Of a DNA stretch of 64,000 bases, positions 21,360 to 31,772 are shown piece after piece; position 1 is the stretch's first letter; every line of letters begins with the position of its first letter. The notes under the pieces are model-generated. The model saw only the letters and a list, made by a program, of their open reading frames with translations. It was not told the origin of the DNA and made no database searches. Location of the stretch: positions 256,307-320,306 of the forward strand of contig CBDAPE010000013.1 in the NCBI GenBank assembly GCA_965198325.1, read 5' to 3'. Position numbers and translations under genes: made by a program. Source of the stretch: Alphaproteobacteria bacterium (GTDB taxonomy: Bacteria; Pseudomonadota; Alphaproteobacteria; UBA828; JAPUJA01).

Positions 21360-21670
21360 TCGCCAGCATCTGTTCAGCCAGCGCCTCCTTGAGGACTCGG
21401 GCCTCGGCACGCAGGGCCTGCACTTCGACACTGGTCGCCTGCGCGCCGTGCCCTGCCCTGGCCAGACGCTTCCTGCCCGCTTCCAAAAACTCCTTCAACC
21501 AACTGGAGTAAAGGCTCTCCGCGATCCCCTCGCGACGGCAAAGGGCGGCTGGGCTGTCCTTGCCGCGAAGCCCTGCAAGGACTGCGAGGATCCTTTCTCG
21601 GGAAGCAGCCCTGTTCTGAGATGCTTCGCGTCGTCGCTGCCTTGGGTGGTCTGACCCATAATATGACCGA
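21360..21670 (-). pseudogene. IS3-family orfA remnant (frameshifted)
   Basis: …KEFLEAGRKRLARAGHGAQATSVEVQALRAEARVLKEALAEQMLANRLF resembles orfA leucine-zipper region (compare SWSKEFLEAGKRRLAGD… at 42897..43271). Confidence 0.45.
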
Positions 21671-21822
21671 CTTCGTGTCTTTGCATTGACGTGTCGGCCA
21701 CCCGAGCGGCGCCGTAGTGCCTCGCCGGCCAGGTGGGCAGTGACCTAATAGGAGCCTGATCCACCAGGTCCCATCGCAGTCCTGTCCTTCCCGCCTGACC
21801 AGCGAGTCGGACCATCGACCAT

Positions 21823-22172
21823 GTGAAGGGATCAACAATCACGCCTGGCATCGCACTCCAACGCCACGACGTCATCGTCGGGGTCGACACGCACAAAGAT
21901 GAGCACATCGCGGTTGCCATCGACGGCCTCGGCGGCCTCATCGACAAGCCGAAACTGGCGGCGGCGACCCCTGACGGCTACGCCGAATTGCTTTTCTGGG
22001 CGCAATCACTCGGCGAGGTCCATGCGTTCGGGGTCGAGGGCTGCGGGTCATACGGCTCGGGTCTCGCTCGGTTCCTTCGCCGTCACGGCCACATAGTCCA
22101 TGAAGTCGCTAGACCGCCCCGCAAGGGTGAGCGGCGCCTGTCCGGTAAGAGTGACCCCATCGATGCTTGGCC
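21823..22172 (+). pseudogene. IS110-family transposase N-terminal fragment
   Basis: VGVDTHKDEHIAVAIDGLGG…HAFGVEGCGSYGSGLARFL (DEDD N-domain); cut by the IS3 terminus at 22173. Confidence 0.7.
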
Positions 22173-22215
22173 TGCCCCCGATTAGTGGTCCAGCGCTTAA
22201 GTTAGAGTTTGGCGC

Positions 22216-23033
22216 GGGTTAAGTTGATGGGCCGCCCGTAGCCCCTCAACAGGGTAGGTTGGCCCCTCAACGTTTGGCAAGATGGTTTCTGGGGCCGGCG
22301 GTCTGTATCCGAGCGAGCTATGCGGCCGGATGGTATTATAGTGATGGCGCCATCGTTCGATCAGCACTTTGGCCTGCTTCAGTGTAGAGAAGATCTCCGT
22401 GTTCAGGATTTCGTCCCGGAGCTTTGAGTTGAAGCTCTCGTTGTATCCGTTCTCCCAAGGTGACCCGGGCTCGATATAGAGGGTCTTGACGCCGATCCTG
22501 CCGAGCCAGTCGCGGACGGCATGAGCGGTAAACTCTGAGCCGTTGTCGGAACGGATATGATCCGGCGGGCCATGTTGGACGAAGAGCTCGGTCAGACAAT
22601 GGAGGACATTGTCCGAGTTCAATCGGGTTAAGTTGATGGGCCGCCCGTAGCCCCTCAACAGGGTAGGTTGGCCCCTCAACGTTTGGCAAGATGGTTTCTG
22701 GGGCCGGCGGTCTGTATCCGAGCGAGCTATGCGGCCGGATGGTATTATAGTGATGGCGCCATCGTTCGATCAGCACTTTGGCCTGCTTCAGTGTAGAGAA
22801 GATCTCCGTGTTCAGGATTTCGTCCCGGAGCTTTGAGTTGAAGCTCTCGTTGTATCCGTTCTCCCAAGGTGACCCGGGCTCGATATAGAGGGTCTTGACG
22901 CCGATCCTGCCGAGCCAGTCGCGGACGGCATGAGCGGTAAACTCTGAGCCGTTGTCGGAACGGATATGATCCGGCGGGCCATGTTGGACGAAGAGCTCGG
23001 TCAGACAATGGAGGACATTGTCCGAGTTCAATC
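22216..23033. repeat. perfect tandem duplication, 2 x 409 bp, covering the orfB 3' end inside the IS3 element
   Basis: 22216-22624 equals 22625-23033 (ORFs 22197..22679 and 22745..23059 repeat orfB peptide strings); 409 is not a multiple of 3, so the orfB tail is altered. Confidence 0.8.
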
Positions 23034-23511
23034 TTCGCTCGACGACAACGGCCATGCACCGCCTGGTGAACTCATCGATCACGGTGAGCATGCGGAACGT
23101 CCTCCCATCGTGTGTTCGATCCATGACGAAGTCATAGGACCAGACGTGATTGGGCCAGCACGGCCGCAGACGGATGCAGGATCCGTCGTTGAGCCACAGC
23201 CTGCCCCGTTTCGGTTGCTTCTGTGGGAGCTTCAGCCCCTCCCGCCGCCAGATGCGCTGGACCCGCTTGGCGTTCACGTGCCAACCTTCGGTCCTGAGCA
23301 AGGCAGTGATCCGCCGATCGCCATATCTGCCATACTGGCTGGCCAAGCGGATGATCGCGGCCGTGAGGGCCTCTTCATCATCCCGACCACGGGGTCTCTT
23401 GCGCTGGGTTGAGCGATGTTGGCCTGCAACAGCACAGGCCCGTCGCTCGGAGATCCCCAGTTCGGCCTGGAGATGATCAACACACTGCCGGCGACGGGCG
23501 GGGCTTAGCAA
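22336..23511 (-). CDS. IS3-family OrfB (integrase core), C-terminal tail altered by the tandem duplication
   Basis: DDE/rve region …HIRSDNGSEFTAHAVRDW…; the native ending …HQLNPRQTLT is only seen in the duplicated ORF 22197..22679. Confidence 0.8.
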   Translation of the reverse strand: MLSPARRRQCVDHLQAELGISERRACAVAGQHRSTQRKRPRGRDDEEALTAAIIRLASQYGRYGDRRITALLRTEGWHVNAKRVQRIWRREGLKLPQKQPKRGRLWLNDGSCIRLRPCWPNHVWSYDFVMDRTHDGRTFRMLTVIDEFTRRCMAVVVERRLNSDNVLHCLTELFVQHGPPDHIRSDNGSEFTAHAVRDWLGRIGVKTLYIEPGSPWENGYNESFNSKLRDEILNTEIFSTLKQAKVLIERWRHHYNTIRPHSSLGYRPPAPETILPNVEGPTYPVEGLRAAHQLNPIELGQCPPLSDRALRPTWPAGSYPFRQRLRVYRSCRPRLARQDRRQDPLYRARVTLGERIQRELQLKAPGRNPEHGDLLYTEAGQSADRTMAPSL

Positions 23512-23807
23512 TTTCCCTCAAGCGCCTCTTTCAAGATCAGCTTATCCAACGTCAGATCCGAGATCGCCTTGCGGAGACGGCCATTCTCCTTCTCCAGGTC
23601 CTTCAGACGCTTGGCCTGGTCAGTACGAAGGCCGCCATATTCCTTGCGCCAGCGATAGTAACTCTGCTCCGATACGCCGAGCGTGCGACAAGCTTGACCA
23701 ACCGACTGGCCCTGCGCCAAAGCCACCTCGGCTTCGCGCAACATGCTGATAATCCGTTCTGAGGTGTAGCGTTTACGGCTCATTTCGTCCTCCTTTCGAG
23801 GGGGCAA
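23505..23807 (-). CDS. IS3-family OrfA
   Basis: HTH plus leucine-zipper: MSRKRYTSERIISMLREAEVALAQGQSVGQACRTLGVSEQSYYRWRKEY…. Confidence 0.85.
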   Translation of the reverse strand: MPPRKEDEMSRKRYTSERIISMLREAEVALAQGQSVGQACRTLGVSEQSYYRWRKEYGGLRTDQAKRLKDLEKENGRLRKAISDLTLDKLILKEALEGNC

Positions 23808-23842
23808 AATGCGCCAAACTCTTCAATAAATCTGGACCACTT

Positions 23843-24439
23843 TTAGGGGGTCACTCCATCGTTGAGAAGCCTGTCCAATTTCCTGATGCCGTGGACAGCG
23901 AAGGAAATGTCCTGGAGAGCGCCGAGGAACAGCAAATCAAAAGCGGTTGACGAAACCCAATCGACATCGCGTTTGTACCCACATACGGCAAGTGCTCCTG
24001 TCCGGCGTAGAAACCTGTTCAGTGTGTTGCCGTGAAGATCCAGGGTCGAGCACGAGCCAAAGTGGATAATGCGTCCACTGCAGGCGTCTTCCAATCCTGT
24101 TGCCAGTTCATTCAGCTTGAACCCACTCTCGCCTTGTCCGAGCTCGATTTCTCCGGGATTGCCATGAAATGACAGATAGAGGATCGGATAGTTCTTGAAG
24201 CTTGCTTTACCCCACTCTTTCAGGCGGAACTCAAATTCTCCTCGAGTAGCGACATCTTTGCGTAGGTAAGGGACCTGCAAGTGACGCACCGTCTCGAGAA
24301 GACGCAACACAGGTTCGACTGTTATCTTGTCATTTTGTCCGAACCAGTTGCCCTCGAGACAGTATATTCCCTTCTCTTGATCCACCCTTCTCCGCTTCGC
24401 CATTGCATCATTCCCAATCGTTACGTGGCGGCCCGGCAT
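23843..24439 (-). CDS. caspase-like (peptidase clan CD / CHAT-metacaspase-like) domain protein; 3' end and stop codon lie inside the IS3 terminus, so likely an N-terminal fragment of a larger protein
   Basis: His-Gly then Ser-Cys spacing as in clan CD: …ILYLSFHGNPGEIELG…(41 aa)…IIHFGSCSTLDLHGN… (compare metacaspase SGHG … DSCHSGTLLDL); last 3 codons and stop are inside the IS3 IR (23841-23853). Confidence 0.45.
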   Translation of the reverse strand: MPGRHVTIGNDAMAKRRRVDQEKGIYCLEGNWFGQNDKITVEPVLRLLETVRHLQVPYLRKDVATRGEFEFRLKEWGKASFKNYPILYLSFHGNPGEIELGQGESGFKLNELATGLEDACSGRIIHFGSCSTLDLHGNTLNRFLRRTGALAVCGYKRDVDWVSSTAFDLLFLGALQDISFAVHGIRKLDRLLNDGVTP

Positions 24440-24449
24440 CGTTCAGCCA

Positions 24450-24690
24450 CTGTCCCTCCCATTTATTCCATCTGTGGCAGAAACCTTGGAATTTTGCATC
24501 ACCCTCGGACACCCTTTCTGACAAGCATAAGATCATCGAAGCTCTCCCCGCCGTCTTCCGCGAACTCTTCGTCGGTCGCGCGGCGCCCCACACAGAACTC
24601 CTTGCCCTCCGCCGGCAGGGAGCCGTCCTGAAGCGAAAAAGGTCCCGGCCATCGCTTCGGATGTCCGATGGAATAAATAGAGGGGACAAG
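24450..24690. repeat. MITE-like non-autonomous element, copy 1 (about 24-bp terminal inverted repeats)
   Basis: TIRs CTGTCCCTCCCATTTATTCCATC / rc CTTGTCCCCTCTATTTATTCCATC; internal segment encodes a fragment like …ELLALRRQGAVLKRKRSRPSLRMSD…; lies between divergent caspase-like and MFS genes. Confidence 0.65.
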
Positions 24691-24785
24691 TTCACATCGA
24701 GGCCGCGAGCTGGGGCGCCCACCAGAGAAGCCAGACGACCGACACCTGATGGCTCCGTCTTTACACCAGAACGTCCATCGGATAC

Positions 24786-26076
24786 TGCGCTAACCATGCG
24801 CCACCTGATCCTGTCCAGCTCGCCGCTGTTTCTCGGCGTCATGCTGCTGGTGCTCGGCAATGGGCTGATCGGCACCCTGCTCGGTGTCCGTCTCGTGCAG
24901 GCGGGCTATCCCGCCTACATCCCCGGTCTGATGGCCGCGGCCTATTTCGTCGGCCTGGTCACCGCCTCGGTGACAGCCCACCGGATCATCGCGCTGGCTG
25001 GCCATATCCGGGCGTTTGCAGCCTTCGCCTCAATCTGCTCGGCGGCGATGCTGTCCCACGGCTTTGCCGTCGATCCGGCGCTCTGGGCTGTGCTGCGCCT
25101 GATCGAAGGTTTCTGCATCGCAGTGCTCTACATGTGCATCGAGAGTTGGCTCCATGATCGCGCCACCAACAAGACCCGCGGCAAGTTCCTGTCGATCTAC
25201 ATGATCACGATCTATTTCGCACTCGGCGCCTCTCAGTTTCTGCTCAATCTGTGGGAGCCTTCGGCCTTCGCCCTGTTTGGCATTTGCTCGGTGTTGATGT
25301 CGATTGCACTGGTTCCAGTGGCGCTCGCCCGAACGCCGGCTCCGCCCCTGCCGTCAACTGATTACTTCGGCCTGCGCCGGCTCTACCGTATCTCGCCATT
25401 GGGCACCGTCGGGTGTTTTGCGAGTGGTGCCGTAGTCGGTGCCTTCTATGGCCTTGGTCCCGTATTTGCCGACGGTGTTGCACTCGATATCGCGGGCACC
25501 GCCCGCTTCATGGCCGCCACGATCCTGGGCGGTCTCGTCCTGCAGTGGCCGCTTGGCTGGTTGTCGGACCGGTTCGACCGGCGCACGGTGATTGCCGTCT
25601 CCTGCGCCGCCATGGGGCTCACCGCTGGCACCGTGATCGCCGTCATGGGCGCCGGCGAGGCAGCCTTGCTCACGGTCGCTGCTATCAACGGCGGTTTCGT
25701 CTTCGCTCTCTATCCGCTCTGTGTCTCCCATGCCAACGACTTCATCGACGGCCGGGATCGGGTCGGAGCGAGCGGCGGGCTGATGTTGGCCTACGGCGCC
25801 GGCGCCGTGGTCGGCCCACTCGCGGCCTCCGGGGCCATCATGGGAATGGGCCCCGCCGGGCTGTTCGCCCTCGGCGGCGCGGTCGGCGTCTTCACCCTGC
25901 TCTTCAGCCTATGGCGGATGAGCCGGCGTGCGGCGCCGCCCATCGACGAGCAGGAGGATTTTCGCCCCCTGCCCCGCACAACGCCCCATGCCATGGAGCT
26001 CGACCCGCGTGCGGACGAGTCTCCAGCCTCCGATGTCATCCCATCCGGCCGGAGCGAAGACGACGACACCTTTTGA
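24786..26076 (+). CDS. MFS transporter
   Basis: 12-TM-like hydrophobic profile; ORF table entry 24403..26076 includes upstream MITE sequence, ATG at 24786 chosen. Confidence 0.8.
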
Positions 26077-26189
26077 AACCGGCCGCGCCTCCATTTCGGT
26101 GTGGCAACCGGTTCGAACCCGATTAATGATCGTCGATTGAGCCGCGCAGCAATCGATGAATGGCATGGACTGCGCACATCTTCCGGATC

Positions 26190-26410
26190 TCGACGGGCGC
26201 CACCCCAACGTGGCCGTCATCGGCGCGGGCATCAACGGCGTCGGCGCGACCCAACAACTCGCCACTGCCGGCTATTCGACACTTCTCGTCTACACGGGCG
26301 ACTTCACCTCGGGAACCAGCGGCGGGTCGAGCCGAATCTTTCCATTGCGGCTTGCGCTATCTCGCGACCGGCGGCTCCGTGGGCGACTGGCTGCGCCATC
26401 CTGCACGCTT
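26190..26410 (+). pseudogene. FAD-dependent oxidoreductase (GlpD-like) N-terminal fragment
   Basis: VAVIGAGINGVGATQQLATAGYSTLLV…GDFTSGTSGGSSRI then frameshift to …HCGLRYLATGG; cut by a MITE-end fragment at about 26421. Confidence 0.5.
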
Positions 26411-26420
26411 TACCACGCTT

Positions 26421-26480
26421 CCCTCTATTAATTCCATCCGGTGCAGAAACCCCGGTATTTTGGGGCACCCTCCGTGGCGT
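26421..26480. repeat. MITE-family left-end fragment (subgroup B)
   Basis: CCCTCTATTAATTCCATCCGGTGCAGAAACCCCGGTATTTTGGGGCACC matches left ends at 38193 and 38822. Confidence 0.5.
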
Positions 26481-27110
26481 CGTGCTATCGCTGTCGGGCT
26501 TCGTTCTGCTCTGCGCCTGAGACACGATGGAGCGCAAAGGCGCCATCGCCGCGGCTTGGGTGCAGTACCGGGACCGTCTGCTATGTCGCCAGCTTCAAAC
26601 CGGCAGCAGGATTTACCGTCACTGCCATCCGCGGCCACTGAGATCGGGAACCGTCTTCGCTGCACTCACGAGACGGGATCATGGCCGAAGACACCAGCCG
26701 GGTGCGCGAGAACCCCGGCATCGTCGCCCAATTCCGCGACTTCGCCGCCAACATCCTACGCGCCAACAAGGTCACCGACGTGGTCGATGTCCGGTACCGA
26801 AACGCCCCTCGGGGACCTCGATACGTTCGCCGGGTACAAGCTCATGTAAAGAGCGTTGAACAACCCCGGTGGGATCACGATCAAGCAACACGGCATGGAC
26901 ATCGAAGATTACACCGCTTTCTCTCAGCCGGGCTTCTGCAGAACACAAACCGGTAGGGTTTCACGGCGATAAATCACATCGGAAACAAATAGCTCTGGCT
27001 TGTTACCGTGGTCAGAAGGGAACGGCAATATCTGTGTGGCCGGTACGGTCGGCCGTTGTATAAGCGCGTTACGGAACACAGGGACATGCAACAGATGAAG
27101 GAGTCTGGGA

Positions 27111-27404
27111 ATGGCGATCGATGAAAGTGAACTCACGAAGGGCCAGTTGAGGAAATTGAACGCGCTTCGGAGATCTGTCGGGGATGACCTCGCCGAGGAC
27201 GTATTCGCAAAGTGGCTCGCGCGCCAGGCAGCCCCGCAGGCCAAAGACAAGACCGATCCCGTCGCGGTGAAGATCATCGAGGCTCTCTCGGGATTCGAGA
27301 ATGATCCAGAGTTCAAGCTCGGCAACCGTGGCTACACACTGCGTCGCGCGAAAGGTAAGGGAGCGTCGGGTTTCATCGTGTCCAAGAATGAAAAGGCGGA
27401 ATAA
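27111..27404 (+). CDS. hypothetical small protein (97 aa)
   Basis: Clean ORF with RBS-like AGGAG upstream; no recognisable domain. Confidence 0.4.
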   Translation: MAIDESELTKGQLRKLNALRRSVGDDLAEDVFAKWLARQAAPQAKDKTDPVAVKIIEALSGFENDPEFKLGNRGYTLRRAKGKGASGFIVSKNEKAE

Positions 27405-27690
27405 GCACTGGCCGGACCTCATGGAATTCAGATGGGTCTCGCCGCACCGGCGGTAGTGGGCGTCGACCGGTGGAAAGAAGCGATCGCATGGTCCTCTACA
27501 CAGACTTCGCGCTCAAAACCAATCCGAGTGGCGCCAGATCGATGCTCTCTGATCGTCATCAAAGCGCCGGGGCCGCGCGTGAAAAAATCTCAGTTCGAAC
27601 AAAAGATCCGAAGCTGTTCCCGGGAGTGCGCAGGCGCACAAGGGATCACATGGTTTTGTGAGAACCGATGAACATCGAGAGGAGCCTTGC

Positions 27691-28947
27691 ATGCAAACCA
27701 AGTTCACAATAGGGGCCATTGTTATGCTGACCGGTATCGTGGGAGGCATCATGTCCGGCGTTTCCGCCGAAACTCTCGGACCGGTCGCCGACCCGCTCGG
27801 TGTGGTCAAGATCCCGAAGGGCGAGCCAATCCACATTGGCGGCTACTGGACGCTGTCCGGGCCGGACATCAACCTTGGGCTGGATCAGAAGCGTGGCGCA
27901 GAGATCGCTATGGACGACCAGGGCAACATGGTCGCCGGACACCCGATCAAGTTCTACGCCGAGGACAGCCAGTGCACCGCCGATGGCGGAAAGACGGCTG
28001 CCACCAAGCTCGCTTCGAACCCGAACATCGTCGTCGTGGTCGGGCCCGATTGCTCGAGCGCTGGCGCTCCCGGCGGACCGATTCTCTGGAAGGCGGGTAT
28101 CCCGAGCGTAGCCACCTCGACCACCGCACCGTCGTTAACCGCGCCGGATCGTCCCGAGGGACTGCACGGCTACATGCGCACCATCTACAACGACCTCGCC
28201 GCCGGCGTCGCGGATGCTGAGTACTTCTGGAACCAGCTGGGCTGCAGGAGCCTTGCCACCATCCACGACGGCAGCCCATACGCCGAGCAGTTGGTGCGTG
28301 TGGCCGAGGACCGCTTCAAGAAGCTGGGCGGCACTGTGACGACCGTCGAGACGGTGGCGCCGACCGACGTCGACATGCGCCCGGTGCTTGCCCGTATTGC
28401 CGCCAATAAACCCTGCGTGGTTTATTTCCCGATCTTCGTAGCTGCGTCGGCCCGGATCGCCCGTCAGTTCGGGGAGATCGAGGGCCTCGAGGACACCACA
28501 GCGGTCGGTGGCAGTGTGCTAATGTCTCCAGGGTTCCTGGAGGCGGCGGGCGACGCCGCGGTGAACTTGGTGTTCACCAGCCCGGATGCCTCGCCGGATG
28601 CGATGGGCAGCCGCTATACCGAATTGGTAGAGAAGTACAAGGAGAAGTATGGCGAGATGCCGATCCAGGCATTCCATCAGAATGCATACGACGGGATGTC
28701 GGTAGCGCTGATGGGCATCGAAAAGGTGGCGGTGAAGGACAACAGCGGCAACACCTATATCGGGCGTAAGGCGCTTCGCGACGCACTGTTCGCCACCGAG
28801 GGTGTTGACGGCATGGGCGGCTTGATCAACTGCAACGAGCACGGTGACTGCTCAGGCTTCAAGTTCGCCGTCTACCGGTTCGTCGACTCCGACCCCAAGA
28901 CTTTCGAGATCGGCAAGAACCCGATCAAGATCTATCCCAAGAAGTAG
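27691..28947 (+). CDS. ABC transporter substrate-binding protein, branched-chain amino acid (LivK/LivJ) family; orphan
   Basis: Signal peptide MQTKFTIGAIVMLTGIVGGIMSGVSA; periplasmic binding protein type I features; no adjacent permease genes. Confidence 0.8.
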   Translation: MQTKFTIGAIVMLTGIVGGIMSGVSAETLGPVADPLGVVKIPKGEPIHIGGYWTLSGPDINLGLDQKRGAEIAMDDQGNMVAGHPIKFYAEDSQCTADGGKTAATKLASNPNIVVVVGPDCSSAGAPGGPILWKAGIPSVATSTTAPSLTAPDRPEGLHGYMRTIYNDLAAGVADAEYFWNQLGCRSLATIHDGSPYAEQLVRVAEDRFKKLGGTVTTVETVAPTDVDMRPVLARIAANKPCVVYFPIFVAASARIARQFGEIEGLEDTTAVGGSVLMSPGFLEAAGDAAVNLVFTSPDASPDAMGSRYTELVEKYKEKYGEMPIQAFHQNAYDGMSVALMGIEKVAVKDNSGNTYIGRKALRDALFATEGVDGMGGLINCNEHGDCSGFKFAVYRFVDSDPKTFEIGKNPIKIYPKK

Positions 28948-29049
28948 ACAGCAGGGACCTCCCATGCACCGAGGTTGAGCAGAGAAATTTTGTACAAGAG
29001 CCCCCGCTCCAATCGGCGACATGAAACATAGCGCAATTCTGGCTAGCTA

Positions 29050-29260
29050 CTCTCTCGGGCTTATGAGCCGAATATCAAACCTACCTACTGGCGTACAAAC
29101 GCGGCGGCGTGATGCTGCTCGATTTCGTCGAGGCCGGGCAGGCGCAGGCCTCGCTGTTCGACACGCACGATCCGAAAGACGACAAGCTCATCAAGGCGGT
29201 CGACACTATCAACGACCGGTTGGGACCGGGATCGATCCAGTTTGGCCGCACGGCGCAAAC
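29050..29260 (+). pseudogene. Y-family DNA polymerase (UmuC-like) extreme C-terminal fragment
   Basis: …LLDFVEAGQAQASLFDTHDPKDDKLIKAVDTINDRLGPGSIQFG matches the UmuC/DinB C-terminus; truncated at 29261 by a MITE. Confidence 0.5.
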
Positions 29261-29725
29261 CTGTCCCCCCCATTTATCCCGTCTGCGGCATAAACCTTGG
29301 AAATTTGCGGCACCCCCGGGTACCCTTTCAGCAGGCACAAGATCATCGAAGTCCCCCCGCCGTCTTCCGCGAACTCTTCGCCGGCCGCGCGGCGCTCCTC
29401 ACAGAACTCCTTGCCCTCCGCCAGCAGGTAGCCGTCCTAAAGCGGAAAAGGTCCCGGCTATCGCTTCGGATGTCCGACAGGGTTTTCCGGGTCATCTTGT
29501 CTTGCCTATGACCTGACGGGCACCACTCCCTGGTAATCGTCAAGCCCGAGACCGTCATCGCTTGGCACCGCAAGGGGTCCAGACCTTTCTGGACATGGAC
29601 GTCGCGGCTGCAGAATCCCGAGAGAACGCCGTGAAGCAGGATCGTGTACAAATCACCAGTGCTATCGCATCATCATGAAAGGCTTGGATTCCTGCGCCGG
29701 ACGGAATTTATAGGAGGGATAGGGC
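29261..29725. repeat. longer member (about 465 bp) of the MITE family, likely closer to the parental IS
   Basis: Left TIR CTGTCCCCCCCATTTATCCCGTC, right TIR rc GCCCTATCCCTCCTATAAATTCCGTCC; internal …IVKPETVIAWHRKGSRPFWTWTSR… resembles a transposase N-terminus. Confidence 0.55.
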
Positions 29726-30299
29726 CCAGGGTGATCGTGCAGACCGTCGGTCCCGTCAATGACCTGCCCCCCCGGTTAGTACCACTCGTTAGTTTAGACG
29801 ACGCACGGTATCTGGCGAGCGTCGATCGGCCCGTAGCCCGTCAATAGCGAAGGGCGGATCGACGCGGTGAGGCACGATGGTCTGCGGTGCCGGGGGTCTG
29901 TACCGGACGCCGGCACAGGCCAGGAGGGATATGACCATCACTTCCGTAATGGGGCGTTCGCCGTCAAGCACCTTTTTCCCCACGAGCGATCACCGCGACA
30001 CGATCCTTCGGTCGCGAAGCCTCGGCGCCTGCGGCAAGTTGTATCCTCTCAGGCGTGATTCAGGAGTTCCCGGGGCCATCACGGCTCCGGCTCAGGGTTG
30101 GGCGATTGCAACACCTCCCAGGTCTTGAGAAGAAACCACGATCCGGACGTGTCCGTCGCCAGGCTCTCGCTTCCGTCCGTGGTCAGCGCAATGGCTGCCA
30201 ACTTCATGCCTGGTCCAAAACGATTCCCGAGTGCCAATCTCAGGCGCGTGCTCGAACGCGATAGTACGGTTCGGCCAACAAGCGATGATACGCGCATCA

Positions 30300-31560
30300 T
30301 CGGGAACCGCGTCCCGGCGAGGGGACACCGGTGGATCGCCCACCTTCAAGCGCGGCTCTTTCCTCCTCTCCTTGCTAACTGCCGATGGGATACAGCCCCG
30401 CTTAAGCCGTCTGAAGCGCCATCGCCTCTTCGCGCGTGAACCGGAACTCGGTGCCATCCCGCCACATCCGGTGCAACACCACGCCGATGCGCCGGGCCAG
30501 GGCGACCGTCGCGCGCTTCTTGCCCCGGAGCTTCGTCAGACGCTGCGCCCAGGCCTTCAGCCAATTCGGCCCCGTGTGGTTCAGCATCACCGTGGCGGCC
30601 CGATAGAGCGCTGCGCGTAGACCTGCATCGCCAGCCTTGGTGATCCGGCCGACAATATCCCGTTCGCCGGATTGATCCCGTCCCGGCGTCAGCCCCACCC
30701 GTGGGCCGACATCCTTCGATCTCCGGAACCGCTTCGGATCGTCAATCGCGGACGTGAAGGTCAGGGCTATGACATGGCCGACCCCCGGCATGGTCATCAA
30801 CAGCCGGCACGCCCGGTCCTGCCCGGCCAGATTACGGACCAGCTTCTCCAGGCCGGCCAGCTCGCGGCGCAGGTCCGCCCGCGCGCGCAGGATCGGTTCG
30901 GCCGCGGCTTCCAGCATCGCGGTGCCAGCGATCAATTCCCGGACACGGGCCTCGTAGCGGCCCTTCGAGATCCGACCGAGCTTCAGGCCGAAGTTGCGCA
31001 AGATGCCGCGCAGCGACAGCTCCATATTGATGAGCGCGTCCTGCACGGACTTGCGCGAGGTCAGCAGCGCCCGCATCTCCTGCGACGACACCGATTTGCA
31101 GTGTACCGGCCGGAACCAGCCCATCCGCAGCAGTCGTGCGATGCCTTCGGCATCCCGGCGATCCGTCTTGATTGGCATCGCCTTCAGCGCACCCTTTAAC
31201 TGCCGGGTCTCCATCAGCACGGTTTCGAAGCCGGCGTCGGTCAGCCCCTTGTGCAACCAGTTGGACAGGGGACCGGCTTCGAGGCCGATCGCGGCGAACC
31301 CGTGCGGCAGCTCGCGCATGAACGCAACCAGCGATTCAGGTGTGCTGGCGACCCGCGCCTCCGTCACGACCTTGCCCTTCTCGCCGAGAACGCAGATTGC
31401 TGTTCTTGCCAGCGATACATCCAGCCCGATATAGACATCCATGTCGTTGCCCTTTCCTTTTCAGGAATTGGGGCGCGCCTTTCGGCAAGATCCCGTGAAC
31501 ACGCCGCGCGTGTAAGGGCAACGACACCAGAATCTCCGTCATCGCTACAAGCTCCGACGG
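30300..31560 (-). mobile_element. IS110-family element (boundaries approximate)
   Basis: Contains a complete 346-aa DEDD transposase; IS110 members lack obvious IRs, so ends not resolved. Confidence 0.6.
30402..31442 (-). CDS. IS110-family transposase
   Basis: MDVYIGLDVSLARTAICV… N-terminal DEDD domain plus C-terminal IS1111-type domain. Confidence 0.9.
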   Translation of the reverse strand: MDVYIGLDVSLARTAICVLGEKGKVVTEARVASTPESLVAFMRELPHGFAAIGLEAGPLSNWLHKGLTDAGFETVLMETRQLKGALKAMPIKTDRRDAEGIARLLRMGWFRPVHCKSVSSQEMRALLTSRKSVQDALINMELSLRGILRNFGLKLGRISKGRYEARVRELIAGTAMLEAAAEPILRARADLRRELAGLEKLVRNLAGQDRACRLLMTMPGVGHVIALTFTSAIDDPKRFRRSKDVGPRVGLTPGRDQSGERDIVGRITKAGDAGLRAALYRAATVMLNHTGPNWLKAWAQRLTKLRGKKRATVALARRIGVVLHRMWRDGTEFRFTREEAMALQTA

Positions 31561-31772
31561 TGCCGGATAGCGCCGAGCCCCATTACGGCATCTCAGGCCG
31601 CATAGCTCAGGCCGCATAGCTGAAAAACCACCTGGTCCGGATTTTGGGGGCAACGTCACCATCGCGGCCTGCCCGCCTTCCGCCGCATCACCGTCCCCGG
31701 AACTGCACTTCGCCGCGAGGCGGCCATATGCGACAGTGCGTGCCGATCCCTTGAGGCAGTGAGGGTTGCGAC

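Larger units (their letters stand above)
22173..23853 (-). mobile_element. IS3-family element (IS2/IS3 group) containing a 409-bp internal tandem duplication
   Basis: Imperfect IRs TG(A/C)CCCC…AGTGGTCCAG…AGAGTTTGGCGC at both ends; orfA 23505..23807, orfB 22336..23511; no matching 3-bp target site duplication. Confidence 0.8.

Noticed and set aside
26090-26125. tRNA T-arm-like GGTTCGAACCC near the MFS gene end
   Set aside because: No acceptor stem, D-arm or anticodon arm can be folded around it. It lies within and just after the MFS coding sequence.
26681-26956. ORF 26681..26956 (MAEDTSRVRENPGIVAQFRDFAANILRANKVTDVVD…)
   Set aside because: Only the first about 35 aa look protein-like and the rest is Arg/His-rich. 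Probably a gene fragment, with too little evidence to call.
29820-29920. Short segment resembling the non-coding end of the IS3 element at 22173-22300
   Set aside because: Similarity is patchy (CCCGTAGCCC…GGTCTGTA(C/T)CCGA) and too short to call a feature. Probably another IS3-end remnant.
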